Assembly (NCBI RefSeq): GCF_006345805.1
Contig: NW_021832996.1
Coordinates: forward strand, 1 to 57,809
Length of the DNA: 57,809 nt
Direction: 5' to 3'
Origin: Octopus sinensis
Lineage: Eukaryota
Positions 27,406 to 41,025 of the stretch are shown here, one piece after another. Numbering within the stretch: the stretch's first letter is position 1; each line of letters begins with the position of its first letter. Both the position numbers and the translations under genes were made by a program. The notes under the pieces were generated by a model that was not told where the DNA came from, did no database searches, and saw nothing but the letters and a program-made list of their open reading frames with translations.

Positions 27406-27407
<2 letters not shown>
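25924..27407 (-). repeat. 2.5 tandem copies of the ~599-bp unit, inverted relative to 21014-21959
   Basis: tactaagcaataagggtttagcaacg at 25924, 26523 and 27123; reverse complement of the 21-kb array. Confidence 0.92.
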
Positions 27408-27474
<67 letters not shown>

Positions 27475-27529
27475 CGTGTGCGTGTGTGTGTATGTGTGTA
27501 TGTGCACACACTCTCATAAATATATATAT

Positions 27530-27700
27530 GGCGCAAGCGTGGCTATGTGGCAAGAAGCTTGCTTCCCAACCACATGGTTCTGGGTTCAGTACCACTGCAT
27601 GGCACCTTGGTCAGGTGTCTTCTACTATAACCTCGGAATGACCAAAGCCTTGCGAGTGGATTTGATAGACAGAAACTGAAAGAAGCCCGTCGTGAATACA
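27530..27700 (+). mobile_element. Family A SINE 5' half
   Basis: ggcgcaagcgtggctatgtggcaag...gggttcagtacc...gaaagaagcccgtcg. Confidence 0.8.
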
Positions 27701-28529
27701 CACACACACACACATATTATTGTAAGCCTAGTAGTTATTCTATTGGGATCCTTCTCCCGAACCGCTAAGTTAAGAGGACGTAAACTGACCAACACCAGTT
27801 GTCAAACTGTAGTGAGTCAAGCACTGGCACAAAGACATACACACACATGCAAATAAACACCCTGATACACACATATATTCATATATACATTTATATATAT
27901 ATACATATACATATATATAAATATATATGTATACATACATACTCACACATCCATATATGTGAGTGTCTCTTTATGTGAATATTTGTGCGTGTGTGTGTGT
28001 GTTCGGAAGAATACAAACTTAAACTGTGAAGCCATTGGCAAATTCAAAGACACACCACCGTTGCATGTGTTCCAAGAAAGGTCAAATACCTTTACTCTTT
28101 GGCGCGGAGATCTATACTGACGCACACCTGAAGACGTGGAAGTAATGTAAAAGAGTGAGTATGAGAGAGGGAGAGAGAGAGAGGGGGAGAGACAGGGAGA
28201 GAGAAAGAAAATATGAAAGAAAGAAAGAAAGAAAGGAAGAAGGTGTAATAGATAAGAGAGAAACACTGTTCAGTTTTTAAGCTCTGACACCTTTTGCTTA
28301 AATATACTTGTTTCTAGATTAAAGTTTTGCAAACTTTCCAAAACAAAGGTGTTGTGTAACACAAACATTTCTCACGGCACAGTTTCATATATCGCATTTT
28401 TGAGCCCCACATATTCTCCTTAATAGGATGCATTAGCTTTCCAGGGGACTTGGAATGTAGTATAAGCGAGAGACAGAGTAGTTCTCCATAAAAATATTGA
28501 TTTCAAATGTTGGAATATGGCCAGCAATT

Positions 28530-28886
28530 TCGGTGGCGGGGGTGGCAAGTCGATTACATCTAATCCCAGTACTCAACTGGTACTTATTTGATTGATTTTG
28601 AAATGAAGTTAAATAAAGTCAACCTGAGAAGGATTCGAACTCAGAACGCAAATACCTATTTCTTTACTACCCACAAGGTGCTAAACACAGAGGAGACAAA
28701 TAAAGGCAGACAGATGAATTAAGTCGATTGTATCGACCCGAGTGCGTAACTGGTACTTATTTAATCGACTCCGAAAGGATGAAAGGCAAAGTCGACCTCG
28801 GCGGAATTTGAACTCAGAACGTAGCGGCAGACGAAATACGGCTACGCATTTCGCCTGGCGTGCTAACGTTTCTGCTAGCTCGCCGA
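28530..28886 (-). mobile_element. Family B SINE dimer: a full copy joined to a headless SINE body
   Basis: Minus strand: full SINE ending aaagaaataggtatt, then tgcgttctgagttcgaatcc of a second body. Confidence 0.8.
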
Positions 28887-29600
28887 CCAGATGTGGTGAT
28901 CGTCACTGCAAGCCAAAATTATTAAAAAAAACTTTTAACGTATCATATAGATTTAATTTTTGACGCTGAATCCGAAATTGTTATTAATTTATTCCAGAAA
29001 AATTTTGAGAAATTTTTGAGAAAATTTCTGAGAAAATGTTACAGGTGTTCATATTGTGATAATTTTCAAAATGTTCAGCCAATCAGAAAACAGCGAGTTC
29101 GCAGCCTCTTCCATCTCATCTGTCACAGTAACGAGAAAGGATTGGGGGATACCGGCATGTCAAAACATTAAACTAGCTACAGTAAACAGTGAAAAACATT
29201 AAAAGATTCATGAGCAAATTAAATATTTAAAAGCTATAAAAGATTATAGATCAGGTTCCTTTCGAACACAAGATCATATCGATTGCTTTTATGCTTTGTT
29301 CGCTACTCGGAATTTCGGAAAGTTTCGTTTCCCAATCTGACAATTTTTTGTTAAATAACATTGAAAAATTGTAGATTATCGTTTAAAATAATACTCTACC
29401 TCCTGTAATGAGTTCTTTTTCTCCCCTTCGTTAGAAAATTGTAAATATATAAAACGTAGAAGAGGAAGAAGGAGAGAGAGAGAGAGTGAGAGAGAAAGAG
29501 CTAGATATAGATGAAGACATTGACAGACATACACAAAATCAAACACAGATGCATATGTAAGTATATATATATACATACATACATATATATATAGAGAGAG

Positions 29601-29803
29601 GTGGGGCTGCTGAAAAGTTCCTGGCTTTAAGGGCATCGCGAAAGGCCTGGCTAGAGGACCAAACTTCCGAGCTCTTTACAAGACTAAGAGAATCTGAAGG
29701 ATCACCGCAGTGAGAGGGGAATATGTTGAATGAAATCATAATTAACTGATACTCTTGTATTTCTTTTACCCAAATCCACGGGAAATTTGCAGCACACCCT
29801 CGT
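29601..29803 (+). mobile_element. Internally deleted mariner derivative (MITE-like)
   Basis: Left end ggggctgctgaaaagttcctggcttt, degenerate right end aaatttgcagcacaccctcg; retains transposase C-terminus agaggggaatatgttgaatga (RGEYVE*). Confidence 0.6.
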
Positions 29804-29959
29804 GTATATACATCCATACATAAATACATAGATACATACATACATATATATCTCGTACTTTTTCCTCGTCCTTTTTTATCTTTCTTCTTCTACCTCCATT
29901 TTTCCACTTGTGTCGCCACCACTTACACCTAAAAGGTGTTTCAAAATGTGACCTCGTGT

Positions 29960-30151
29960 GTACCATTGGCAATTTATTTCCCTCTGTCTTCCCTTCTCTG
30001 GATCTTTCCTTCTCCTATGTTTCCGGCAAAGAACTCCGCTCGAAACGTTAAACCCTCCTTCTTTCCTTCTTTCCTGAGCGTCCAATGATACTATATTTGT
30101 TCCACGTCCTCGCGTTGTTGTGTTTTTTTGTGCTTTCTTGTTTGGATTAAC
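29960..30151 (+). mobile_element. Second Penelope-like terminal-repeat fragment with a degenerate hammerhead-like motif
   Basis: ccggcaaagaactccgctcgaaacgtt...gagcgtc; aligns with 18480-18688. Confidence 0.5.
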
Positions 30152-30192
30152 TTTATATATATTTATACATATATATATATATGTATATATTT

Positions 30193-30226
<34 letters not shown>

Positions 30227-32221
30227 GTATAAATGTATATAATGTATATATATGTATATATATGTATATATATATATATATATGTATAAATATGTATGAC
30301 ATATATTTATATGTATGATTTTGACCGTTTGTAACTGGTGTTTACTTCTATCTACTTTTGTGTGTTTATTTCGATTACCATCATATATCATAATAATATC
30401 CCTCTACATTTGATTTTATTCATTTTTATTGAAACTTTCCTGAACAATATTCTCTCCATGTTTTCAAGAACTTTATTCTTATAATTATTACATGCAAAAG
30501 GGTATCTAGCACAAACCAGCAAATCTTTTGTTTAGCATTTCATATAGAGAGGAGAAAAAGTGCCTTTCCTTCTCCAAATGATCAAGGTGGCGTTCGTCCT
30601 CAATGAGGCAAAATTAAACCGAAACAAAGGTGTGTGAGTGGCTGCTGACACTATATCAAGCTCGTAATTAAGCATAGTTTATAGGGATAGTATTTTTCTG
30701 CCAGGCAAAATGCAGCAGCGAATGATATTCATATTCTTAACTCCCAGTGAAATGGTTTTGAACAAAACAACTATCGACTATGTCGTCTCACTCAATACAA
30801 GAGACGCCACTTCCTTAATATAAATAATAGTTTAGAGAGAAAAATATACTTTTAAAACAAGCATCTGAACCCAACGAATCGTTAGGACTCATAACATATT
30901 TGACAGCGATAACAAAATACAATTTATGACACAGAGAAACCTTATTGCAAAGACAAGTAATAAAACTATAAAACAAGGTAAAATATAAGCTATGGCGTAT
31001 GATCTTTAGTTTAAGCAAGGACATTTTCTGTGAAGGGAGGAATTAAAATGGTATAAATTAGATTCAAAATAGGTATAACATTCTTATTAATGGCCGGAAA
31101 TTATGAGCAAATAATGTCAGAAATTAAGATGAAATTGTAGCATATTTACATTTTTATATTTTATGGTCGACTACATTTATACTCTAACGTTTTAGACAAA
31201 ACAACAAGAAGGAGAAGAAGAGAAGAAGAAGAAGAAGAAGAGAAGAAGAAGAAGAAGAAGAAGAAGAAGAGAAGAAGAAGAAGAAGAAGAAGAAGAAGAA
31301 GAAGAAGAAGGACAACAATAACAACAATAACGATAAGAAAAACAAAGAAATTCTTCTAAAACCGGAGGGTGGACCAAAATGTTAAGGAACTTTTAATTAT
31401 AGACTTGGTTTTATTTTCTTTTCACTTCTTATTTGCTTTGCTATTTTGAAATTGTTTGATACAAACATTCAGGGAAGAATTGTTGTTGTAGATAACTTAG
31501 ACTTGGGCTGGGGTGGATGTATGAGGGGGAATTACAAATAAATGTGTCTCTATATGATGGTGTATGCGTGTTTGTGTGATTTTAGCGAGGAGGGGTATGT
31601 CTTTGGAGATGTGAATATTCGAGTACTGGAAAGAACTTATATAAGTGTTTCTTATGAAAGGGGATATGAAAGTGTGGCAAGGAAGAAGTAAATGCCTGGT
31701 TCAGATCTCGTTGGGGGTTTCCCAGAATTTCCTTTTTTTTATATTTGCAGATTTAGTTTTTGGACCCAGCGTGTTTATTTATGGCTGGATTGCTAACAAG
31801 GTACATCGCAAAAAGATGATTTCTCTCAATCTCTCTCTCTCTCTCTCTCCCCGTCTCTCTCTGTATATCATGTTCTCGATCAGACGATGTGCTGTTGTTA
31901 TACATCGCTGGTCACAATCAACTTTTGATCGTTTCAACTTTCCAATGATACCACTCCGTTGGCTAGGGGAACAGGCCGGCCTTCTCCCTAATTGAAACCT
32001 GGATCCATAGATCGTGAGTGCAGCACCCTAACCGCTCAGCCACGGCCTTTACACACACACACATACAACACACCTATATGCATACATATATATATATATG
32101 TATGTATGTATCTGTGTGTGTGTGTATATATATATATATATCTGTATATATATGCATGTATGTATATGTGTGTGTATATATATATATGTATGTAAGTATA
32201 TATATTATATATATATATATG

Positions 32222-32300
<79 letters not shown>

Positions 32301-32304
<4 letters not shown>

Positions 32305-32640
32305 TAATAGTTAGGGTTCAGCAAAGATTTGCTTTACCACATACCGAAGATTAGAAATAGCAGCCAAAAAACGTTAGCTATTTCTTCTACTTAAAAAGGG
32401 ACTCCCAGAAAAACCAAAATACTTTTTTTCTGCGAGTTCCTTTTTCAGTAGAAGAAATAGCTAACGTTTTGGGGCTGCTATTTCTAAGCTTCGGTATGTG
32501 GTAAAGCAATTCTTTGCTGAACCCTAATTATTTAGTATTACTTAAGTTTACCATAAAATGGTCCTTTTTTTCATGCCGAACTCTACTTGGTGAAATTATT
32601 GATTACTTCTTAATTAATTAATTTTACCCATTGTTATTAC
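32301..32640. repeat. Fold-back copy of a diverged relative of the ~599-bp unit
   Basis: Arms about 32305-32412 and 32425-32532 (ttagggttcagcaaag...gctatttcttctac versus gtagaagaaatagc...ctttgctgaaccctaa); (TA)n on both sides. Confidence 0.85.
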
Positions 32641-32789
32641 TATATATATATAATATATATATATATTATATATATATATATATATATATGTATATACATA
32701 TATAAGGTACAAAATAGTTACAATCTCATGGTGGTGCTCCAGCATGACCGCAGTCCTATGGCTGGAATGAATAAAAGCATTTGATGTTG

Positions 32790-32995
32790 TAGCTTTTGCC
32801 TGTATTTGTTGTTTGGCTGATTTCTTGGTCGGGGGTTCATATCACTAATCCTCCTAAGATTTTTCTCCTGTTTCTTGGCGCATCTGGTGTTTGAGCGAAT
32901 TGCACACTGCTGCCCTCGTCTGTACTTCATGTCTGGATGTTGTCTCGTCTGGTATCGTGGACAGGAGAATGTCCAGTTTCTTCTTTTGCTTTTTT
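32790..32995 (-). mobile_element. Old CR1-like LINE 3' fragment
   Basis: KKKLDILLSTIPDETTSRHEVQTRAAVCNSLKHQM resembles KTKLDLFLSGVPDEPTSRQETHMRAAASNSFVYQ at 3660-3760. Confidence 0.6.
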
Positions 32996-33102
32996 TCTCG
33001 ATAAAGAATAAAGAAAAGAAAGCGTTTAGTACAGGAAATCGTAGTCATGGCGTCTGAATCAGAGGCTAAGATGTGTTTTTTGGGGGAGTTATTTTACATC
33101 AG

Positions 33103-33188
33103 GTGGATGGCATTTTAGGAGCATGGTTAGGAGCAGAGATATTCTTCGAGGATGGTCGCATGCAAAAAGGAATAATGTTACAACATAT
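33103..33188 (+). CDS. Candidate 86-nt exon, product unknown
   Basis: Acceptor ttattttacatcag and donor gtaagg; two open frames (VDGILGAWLGAEIFF... or GWHFRSMVRSRDILRGW...). Confidence 0.25.
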
Positions 33189-33439
33189 GTAAGGACTGAA
33201 TGTAAGGGTGCAGTTGTTCTTTGTTTAAAAAGGGTCAGTAAGAAAAACAAAAACGAGTCACAGAATTTTCTGGAGGTTAAATGTGTGTGTGGGTGTGCGT
33301 GTTTGTGTTTGGGGGTTACAGTATGGGATGTTTCTGAAATGCTATGTGAGGTCACCATCAAAGAACGCAAGAGGGTGGGTGGTTTTAGTCTCATGTAGTT
33401 CTTGTTATTGGTATTTCTTCTCTCCCTCCCCCCTCCTCC

Positions 33440-34110
33440 TCCTCATCATGTTAATTTTCGTCACTCCCCCTCCACCATGATCCATCAACATCCTCATCTT
33501 ATTCATCACTGCAACCCTAATTATCGACATCCTCTTTCTCATCCACCTCCTGCCCCTATTCATCTTCTTCACCATTCTCTTTTGCATCATCATCATCATA
33601 ATTGTCAACGTCATCATCATCATCATCATCATCATCATCGTCATCGCCTTGTCATCGTGAATGCTGTGATCATCTCTGTTACCGTTGTCGTTGTGGTCGT
33701 CGTCGTTGTGGTCGTCATCATCATCATCATCATCATTATCATAAACATCATCTTCAGTATAGCAAGGCACATTTATAATTACCAAACTTTTAACATATGT
33801 TTGATTTTATCATCACCACCACCATGCTACGCCTCCTCCTCCCCCTTCCTCCTCCTCCCCTCCTCCCCTCATCATCGTCATCATCATCACCATCGTCGTC
33901 GTCATCATCATCATCATCATCATCATCATCGTCGTCGTCGTCGTCGTCGTCGTCATCATCATCATCATCATCGTCGTCGTCGTCGTCGTCTTCTTATCAT
34001 TATTATAATTATTATTATCATCCTATTATTATTATTATCGTCATCATAATCATCATCATCATCATTATTGTTAGTAGTAGTAGTAGTAGTAGTGGTGGTA
34101 GTAGTAGTAG
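33440..34110. repeat. Compound (CAT)/(CGT)/(ATT)/(AGT) simple repeats
   Basis: Directly visible. Confidence 0.9.
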
Positions 34111-34668
34111 TAGTATACTTCTATATTTAATTTATTAACTTTCAGGGATTTCAAAACGAAAAGAAAAGAAATACTCAAAAATATCAAAAAAACCCAAAAA
34201 ACTACACAATATATATAATAAAAAAAACCCCAAAAACAAAAAAAAAGAGAAAACAAAGATTACAAAATAAATTAATAAACAAATAAATTCTTGAAAAAAT
34301 ATTTACTAAAGTACTAACATCAACAACAACATCAACAACTACCTATTATTTGGAATACATTTTTACGTGGCTTCCGGGTAACAGTCATTCGTGTTTCGAT
34401 TCTAGTCAAATCCTACCCCCACCCCATAACATCACCACCACCACCAAGAACAACAACAACAACGACTACTCCGATAAAAAAACACTTTTTTTTTTCTCTC
34501 CGTATTTTTTTCATTCTGCTTCCCACCCCCCATTTTTGCCTTTTATTTTCGTCAATATTATTATTTCAGGAAGCAGGTACGTGGGGCAGTCTTTCGCATA
34601 ATGCCTGAGTCTAATTTGTTGCACGCAACAACAACAACAACAACAACAGCAACAACAGCAAGAAGCTC

Positions 34669-34704
<36 letters not shown>

Positions 34705-35112
34705 TGATGATAATAATAATGATGATGATAATGGTGATGATGATGATGATAACAATAATAATGATAACAGCAACAACGGCAACGACTATAATAATAATGA
34801 TGATGATGATGATAATATTGAAAATGATATTGTAAATAGACAAGAAAAAAATGTTAAAAATATTAATAATAACGATAATATCGAAGCAAAAATATTTTAT
34901 AAATTGTTACCAATTCATACCAAGAATAATAATGATCGAAAACAAGGAATAAGAACCCAAGAAAAGCAATAAAAGGCATGGGGGGTCTCCTTTGTGTAAC
35001 CTTTCATTGCCATTTATAACGTTAAAAGCAGCAATCATCTTGCATTTATTCGGCGTATTATAGTGAACTTGATAAAACAAACCTTTTCCACAGCATTGTA
35101 TGGATGTGTATA

Positions 35113-35214
<102 letters not shown>

Positions 35215-36099
35215 ATTACTGTAATGGTGGCGCTGTTTGTGTTAGTGTGTATATGTGTATGTGTGTATGTGTCTGAGATTCTGTGTGTATGTGTGTGAGA
35301 GAGGTGGAGACAGGATTCGTGTGTTGTCGGGTGAATGTGTGTATACGTGCTTGTACACTCGAGAGTGTGTATGTGACTGTCGGAAATGTATGTTGTAGAT
35401 GGGTGAGTGTGTGTATAAATGTATGGTTTATTTCTGTTTCTTTGTTATATATATATGTGTGAATGTATACTGAGAATATGTTTGTGTGTATCAGCGTGTG
35501 TATGTTAAAATTTCGTATAATCCTGCCCTTGTGGGTTTATACACAGAAATATGTATCTGTGAATAGCTGTCTAAATATGACGTAAATTTTTGTGCGTATA
35601 CAAATGTATAGAGGTTTGTGTGTGGAATTATGTAACTGTGGATGTAAAGACATCTATGAGGGTGTTTGTGAGAGAAAGAGGGTGTGTGTGGATGGTTGTG
35701 TGTATATGTGCATTAATATGTGTGTATGTTGCATTTGTGGTTTATAGTTTTGTGTGTACGGATGGAGGCTACCACTGGCCACAATCTGTTTTGTAATGTG
35801 TTATTATTCGAACGATGCCATTCCGGTGGTTAGATGAGCTGACCAACAGTGACCCCCACCCCTGTTCGGAAGGCTATTTGGTCGTACGGTTACTTATCTG
35901 GAGGAATGTGAAATGAAGTGTTTTGCTCAAGAACAGAGCACGTTACTCGATCCGGAAACTGAACCCACGATCTAGCGATTATGAGAGCAGCACTATAACC
36001 ACTCGGCCACGCACCTTCGTGTATATGCGTATACATATACATGTGTATGTGTCATTGTGTGTATGTGAACCTGTGCAAAATATGTGTGATATGTGTGTA

Positions 36100-36350
36100 C
36101 AGTAATCCCTCGACTATCGCGGGTGTGACAACCCAAAACCCCTCATGGTAGGCGAAGATCCGTAAAGTAGAAACATTACTGTGATTTGATTTGATTTTTT
36201 TGATTTTTCCAGTTTCAGCTAATGAGCTGTGGCCATGCTGGGGCACCGCCATTTACTGTATATTTAAAAAAATTATTTTTATATATTTATTTTGTGCAAA
36301 ACAAAACCATGGAGGAATTGACGTAAGCTTAAATAATAAACCGCGATAGG
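36100..36350 (+). mobile_element. pogo/Tigger-like MITE, copy 1 (right end missing, SINE tail inside)
   Basis: TA then cagtaatccctcgactatcgcgg; colinear with 36464-36731. Confidence 0.6.
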
Positions 36351-36374
36351 TGAATAATTATATATTTATGTATA

Positions 36375-36451
36375 TAGGTTGTCCACCAAATGTCTTTACA
36401 ATATGAAGCTTAAAAGAATGGAAGCTGTAAAGATAATTTATGGACATCCTG
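36375..36451. mobile_element. ~77-bp Tc1/mariner-type MITE
   Basis: Imperfect ~26-bp TIRs taggttgtccaccaaatgtctttaca / tgtaaagataatttatggacatcctg, TA on both flanks. Confidence 0.6.
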
Positions 36452-36463
36452 TATATACATATA

Positions 36464-36731
36464 GAGTAATCCGTCGGCTATCGCGGGTGTTACGTAACAA
36501 AACCCCACAGCGATAAGTGAAAATCCGTGAAGTAGAAACAGTACTGGATTGTATACATTTAAAATCATTTTTATAATTTGTTATTATAAATGCAAAACAA
36601 CACCACGGGTGAATGAACGTAAGCTTAAATAATAAAACCGCGATAGTTGAACCGCGATAAGTGAACCGTAATAGGTGAACCGCAATAGGTGAACAGCGAT
36701 AGGGGAACCGCGATATGGCAAAGGATTACTT
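36464..36731 (+). mobile_element. pogo/Tigger-like MITE, copy 2
   Basis: TIRs gagtaatccgtcggctatcgcgg / ccgcgatatggcaaaggattact; subterminal gaaccgcgataggt repeats. Confidence 0.65.
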
Positions 36732-37574
36732 ATATATAAGCATGTGTATCTGTGTGAATGTCGACGTATATATGACATAACATTTTCGAGTGTGTAGTGG
36801 TGTGTACAGATGTGTGTGTGTTTATGTAGCAGTGTGAATGTGTACGTACACATGACTTAAGTTTGTACCTATCAATATGTATGTATATGTACAGTTATGA
36901 GCGCTTGTGTATAAGTGTGTATTCTTGAAGTTTTCGTCTAATTTCTTGTGTATATGAACGAATATGGATATCTATAAAAACTATAATATATGCTTGTGTA
37001 TGTACATATACTATTTGTAAAGGTGTATATATGTATATATTCTTTTAATCTTTTATTCTTTTACTAGTACTTATTATATCGGGTGCAATTGCCGAACCGC
37101 TAAGTTACGGGGACGTAAACACACCAACATCGGTTGACAAGCGATGTTGTGGGGATAAACACAGGCACACAGACATACACACGCACACGCACACACACAC
37201 ACACAGTAAATAGGTTTCATGAAATCCTCAGAGATAATGAAATCAGAATCACTATCCCTATACATCAGTAAACTTAAAAGTATAGAAGTCCACAATAATG
37301 CGATACGATTAAATGTTATCAAAAGAAAGCGGTGCTAGAAAATGCAGCTAGAGTATTGCAGAAAAATGTTATATATTCATAAAAACAGCTTAAGCCTTAA
37401 GCGGAACAAACAATTTACAACATACATATATAGAAAATATTTTCTGAACGGCTATAATATCTATTAAATATGTGACCCTGGGACAGAGACAGACATCTTA
37501 TTATTAATTACTATATGAAAACCCACAGCATATTTTGCTGGGTATTTTGGAAAATGTCAGCTGTGCACAGCTAG

Positions 37575-37576
37575 CA

Positions 37577-37670
<94 letters not shown>

Positions 37671-37695
37671 GTTATTATTATGATTATTATTATTA

Positions 37696-37730
<35 letters not shown>

Positions 37731-37767
37731 GTTATTATTATTGTTATTATTATGATTATTATTATTA

Positions 37768-37806
<39 letters not shown>

Positions 37807-37922
37807 TATTATTATTATTATTGTTATTATTATTATTATTATTATATTATTATTATTGTTATTATTATTATTATATTATTATTATTGTTATTATTATTGT
37901 TATTATTATGATTATATTATTA

Positions 37923-37957
<35 letters not shown>

Positions 37958-38119
37958 GTTATTATATTATTATTATTATTATTATTGTTATTATTATTGT
38001 TATTATTATGATTATTATTATTATTGTATTATTATTATTATTATTATATTATTATTATATTATTGTTATTATTATTATTATTATTATTATCATCATCATC
38101 ATCAATATTATTATTATTA

Positions 38120-38158
<39 letters not shown>

Positions 38159-38175
38159 GTAGTAGTAGTAGTAGT
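37575..38175. repeat. Long (ATT)n/(GTT) microsatellite
   Basis: Directly visible. Confidence 0.95.
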
Positions 38176-39196
38176 ACTTGTGGTATTAATGTGTTTATTA
38201 AAAGTTGTTTAACCCTAGGTCTGAGCTGGTCTATCAAGTATATGAACAAACGTATACTTTTATTGTCCACCAGGCCTCTATATATATCTTGGACTACATT
38301 ATCTCGGTTTGTGGTGGTGGTGGTCATGACAACGGGAACGACGGCAGTGAAGACAATATCATGTGCGCCAGTAGTGAAGATGCTGCTGATGATGATGGTG
38401 ATACTGGCGATGCTGCTGCTGCTGATGATGATGGTTTTAGTACTCTTGGCAATGAAAATGACCATTTCGATGATGATGATGACGACGACGACGGCGATGA
38501 TAATGATGACGACGACAAAGGAGGTTGTGGTGATGGTGGACGTGGTTGTGGTGGCAGCGGTAATGGCAATGGCAATGCTAACGACAACGATTGCGATGAT
38601 GATGACGATGACGACGACAACAACAACGACGACGATAGAAGCGATGATGATGACGACGATGATGATGATAACGATGACGATGATGTCATAGTCACCGTTA
38701 ATGCAGCAGAACTGTCATTAGAGGGCAATTAAGTTTTTGGCGTCTGGTGTTTTTCTGTTGATTGTGTCTGAAGAAAGAAGAAATGGAAGACAATGGTATT
38801 GTCTTGGAGTGAGAGGGAGAGGGGAGAGAGAAACAATGGAAGAACACAAGAAAGTCGGTGTCAAAGTCAGAGTAGAAACACCAACAACAACAGCAACAAT
38901 AATAATAATAAAACGAGAACCGACGGTAAATGGAGGAGAGAAATGGAAAACGAAAAAAGGTAGAAAGGAATTACGTGTGCGTGTGTGTGAGCGTGTGTGT
39001 GTGAGCATGTGTGTGTGAGCGTGTGTGTGTGAGCGTGTGTGTGTGCGTGTGTGTGTGTGAGCGTGTGTATGTGTGTGTGTGCAGGGTGGGGAAGAAAAGA
39101 GAATAAATTAAAATATAGAAGGAAAAATGGTGAGAAGAAGTCGAAAGAAAGAAGGAGATAATAGGTTATAGAGATATATATATATATATAGATAAG

Positions 39197-39241
<45 letters not shown>

Positions 39242-39366
39242 CAGAGAGAGAGAGAGAGAGAGAAAGAGGGCGAGAAAGAAAGATATAGGTAGATAGAAGG
39301 GTATATATAGATAAACTGAGGAACGAAGAGAGAAAAATGAAACAGGGAGAAATATATATATATATA

Positions 39367-39403
<37 letters not shown>

Positions 39404-39465
39404 GTTTAAATATTTGTTGTGCAAGATTTATTGGCTAAACTGGCAATATGACCATTCCGAAATAT

Positions 39466-39538
<73 letters not shown>

Positions 39539-39539
39539 G

Positions 39540-39575
<36 letters not shown>

Positions 39576-39763
39576 CAGACAGAGAGAGAGAATGAGTGTG
39601 AGAGGGTACTTTGGCTTGAGATAGAGAAATACAAACTGAAAGAAAGAAGCGACCGACAGAGTGGGAAGAGAGGAAAATGTAAACAGAAAAGAAATGGAAA
39701 GATAGATATCAAGTGATGTTTAAATACATGCATCTATACATACATGTATAGGTACATGTAAAT

Positions 39764-39798
<35 letters not shown>

Positions 39799-39818
39799 CA
39801 TCTATATCTTATCTACCC

Positions 39819-39887
<69 letters not shown>

Positions 39888-40893
39888 CCCATCTATCTTT
39901 ACGCCACACACACACAAACACGTGTGTATATATGTGCGCGCGTGCGCGCGTGTGGTAGTACAAGAAACTAAATTCAGCTCAAAACCTAAATACGTCTTTA
40001 ATTTATAATTTTTAGGTTTTATTTCCTTCAGTGATTAGATTTCGGCCATGTTGGGGCCTTTGTAGATTGATCCAAGCATTTATTTTCTTAAGTTTGCTTA
40101 TACTCTAACACAAGAAGACACAAGGAGACACACACATACATATACATATACACGCACATCTACAGACCGGCACCCACACTCATGCATATATATACAACAG
40201 ACTTCTATCAGATTCCGTTTTCCTAGGTCAATCGTCCTGGGGCTCTAGTGGAAAGCATTTCAACAAGGTGTCTATGGAATTGAAACCGAAACCACATGGG
40301 TGCAAACCGAGCTTCTTAACAATACAACCATTTAAATTTATATTAAACTCCAAATATCCGGTATTTATAACTCCATCTGTGTATTCCTGTATATCAAAAA
40401 CGAATCTGTGAGGAGGAGTCGCATCATGATTCGAATACCGTTTGGCTGGACAGATGACAGATTTCATGTAGCAAAACCAGAAATTTGAAACATCAACTAA
40501 TCAGAGTATTTCATTTACAATCGAAAATATCATTTATGTATGGATATCTTTATAATCAGATTGCATTGTCAAATCTTAAGAAATTACATTTCATAACTAA
40601 TTTTTAGTATTCTTATTGGATGAGTGTTATATGATCGACTTTGTTAAATTTTATTAAGGAATTAGCTTTCATATTCTCTAAAGACACGCAAACACACACA
40701 CACACACACACACACCACATATATATTGTGGGTAGAACTTAGAAGCTTTGACGCAAAATGCCGTTAGTGTCCGATTCATTGGCTCGGCCACTTGCATATA
40801 CATACCTACAAATATATACATATATACATATATATGCATATACTTATGCATATATAAATATAAGTATATATATGTATATGTGTGTGTTTATGT

Positions 40894-40924
<31 letters not shown>

Positions 40925-40941
40925 CATATATATATAGGGAG

Positions 40942-41025
<84 letters not shown>

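Noticed and set aside
40330-40450. Possible exon KRYSNHDATPPHRFVFDIQEYTDG (minus)
   Set aside because: The donor is ambiguous, the opposite strand is equally open, and no phase-consistent chain was found.
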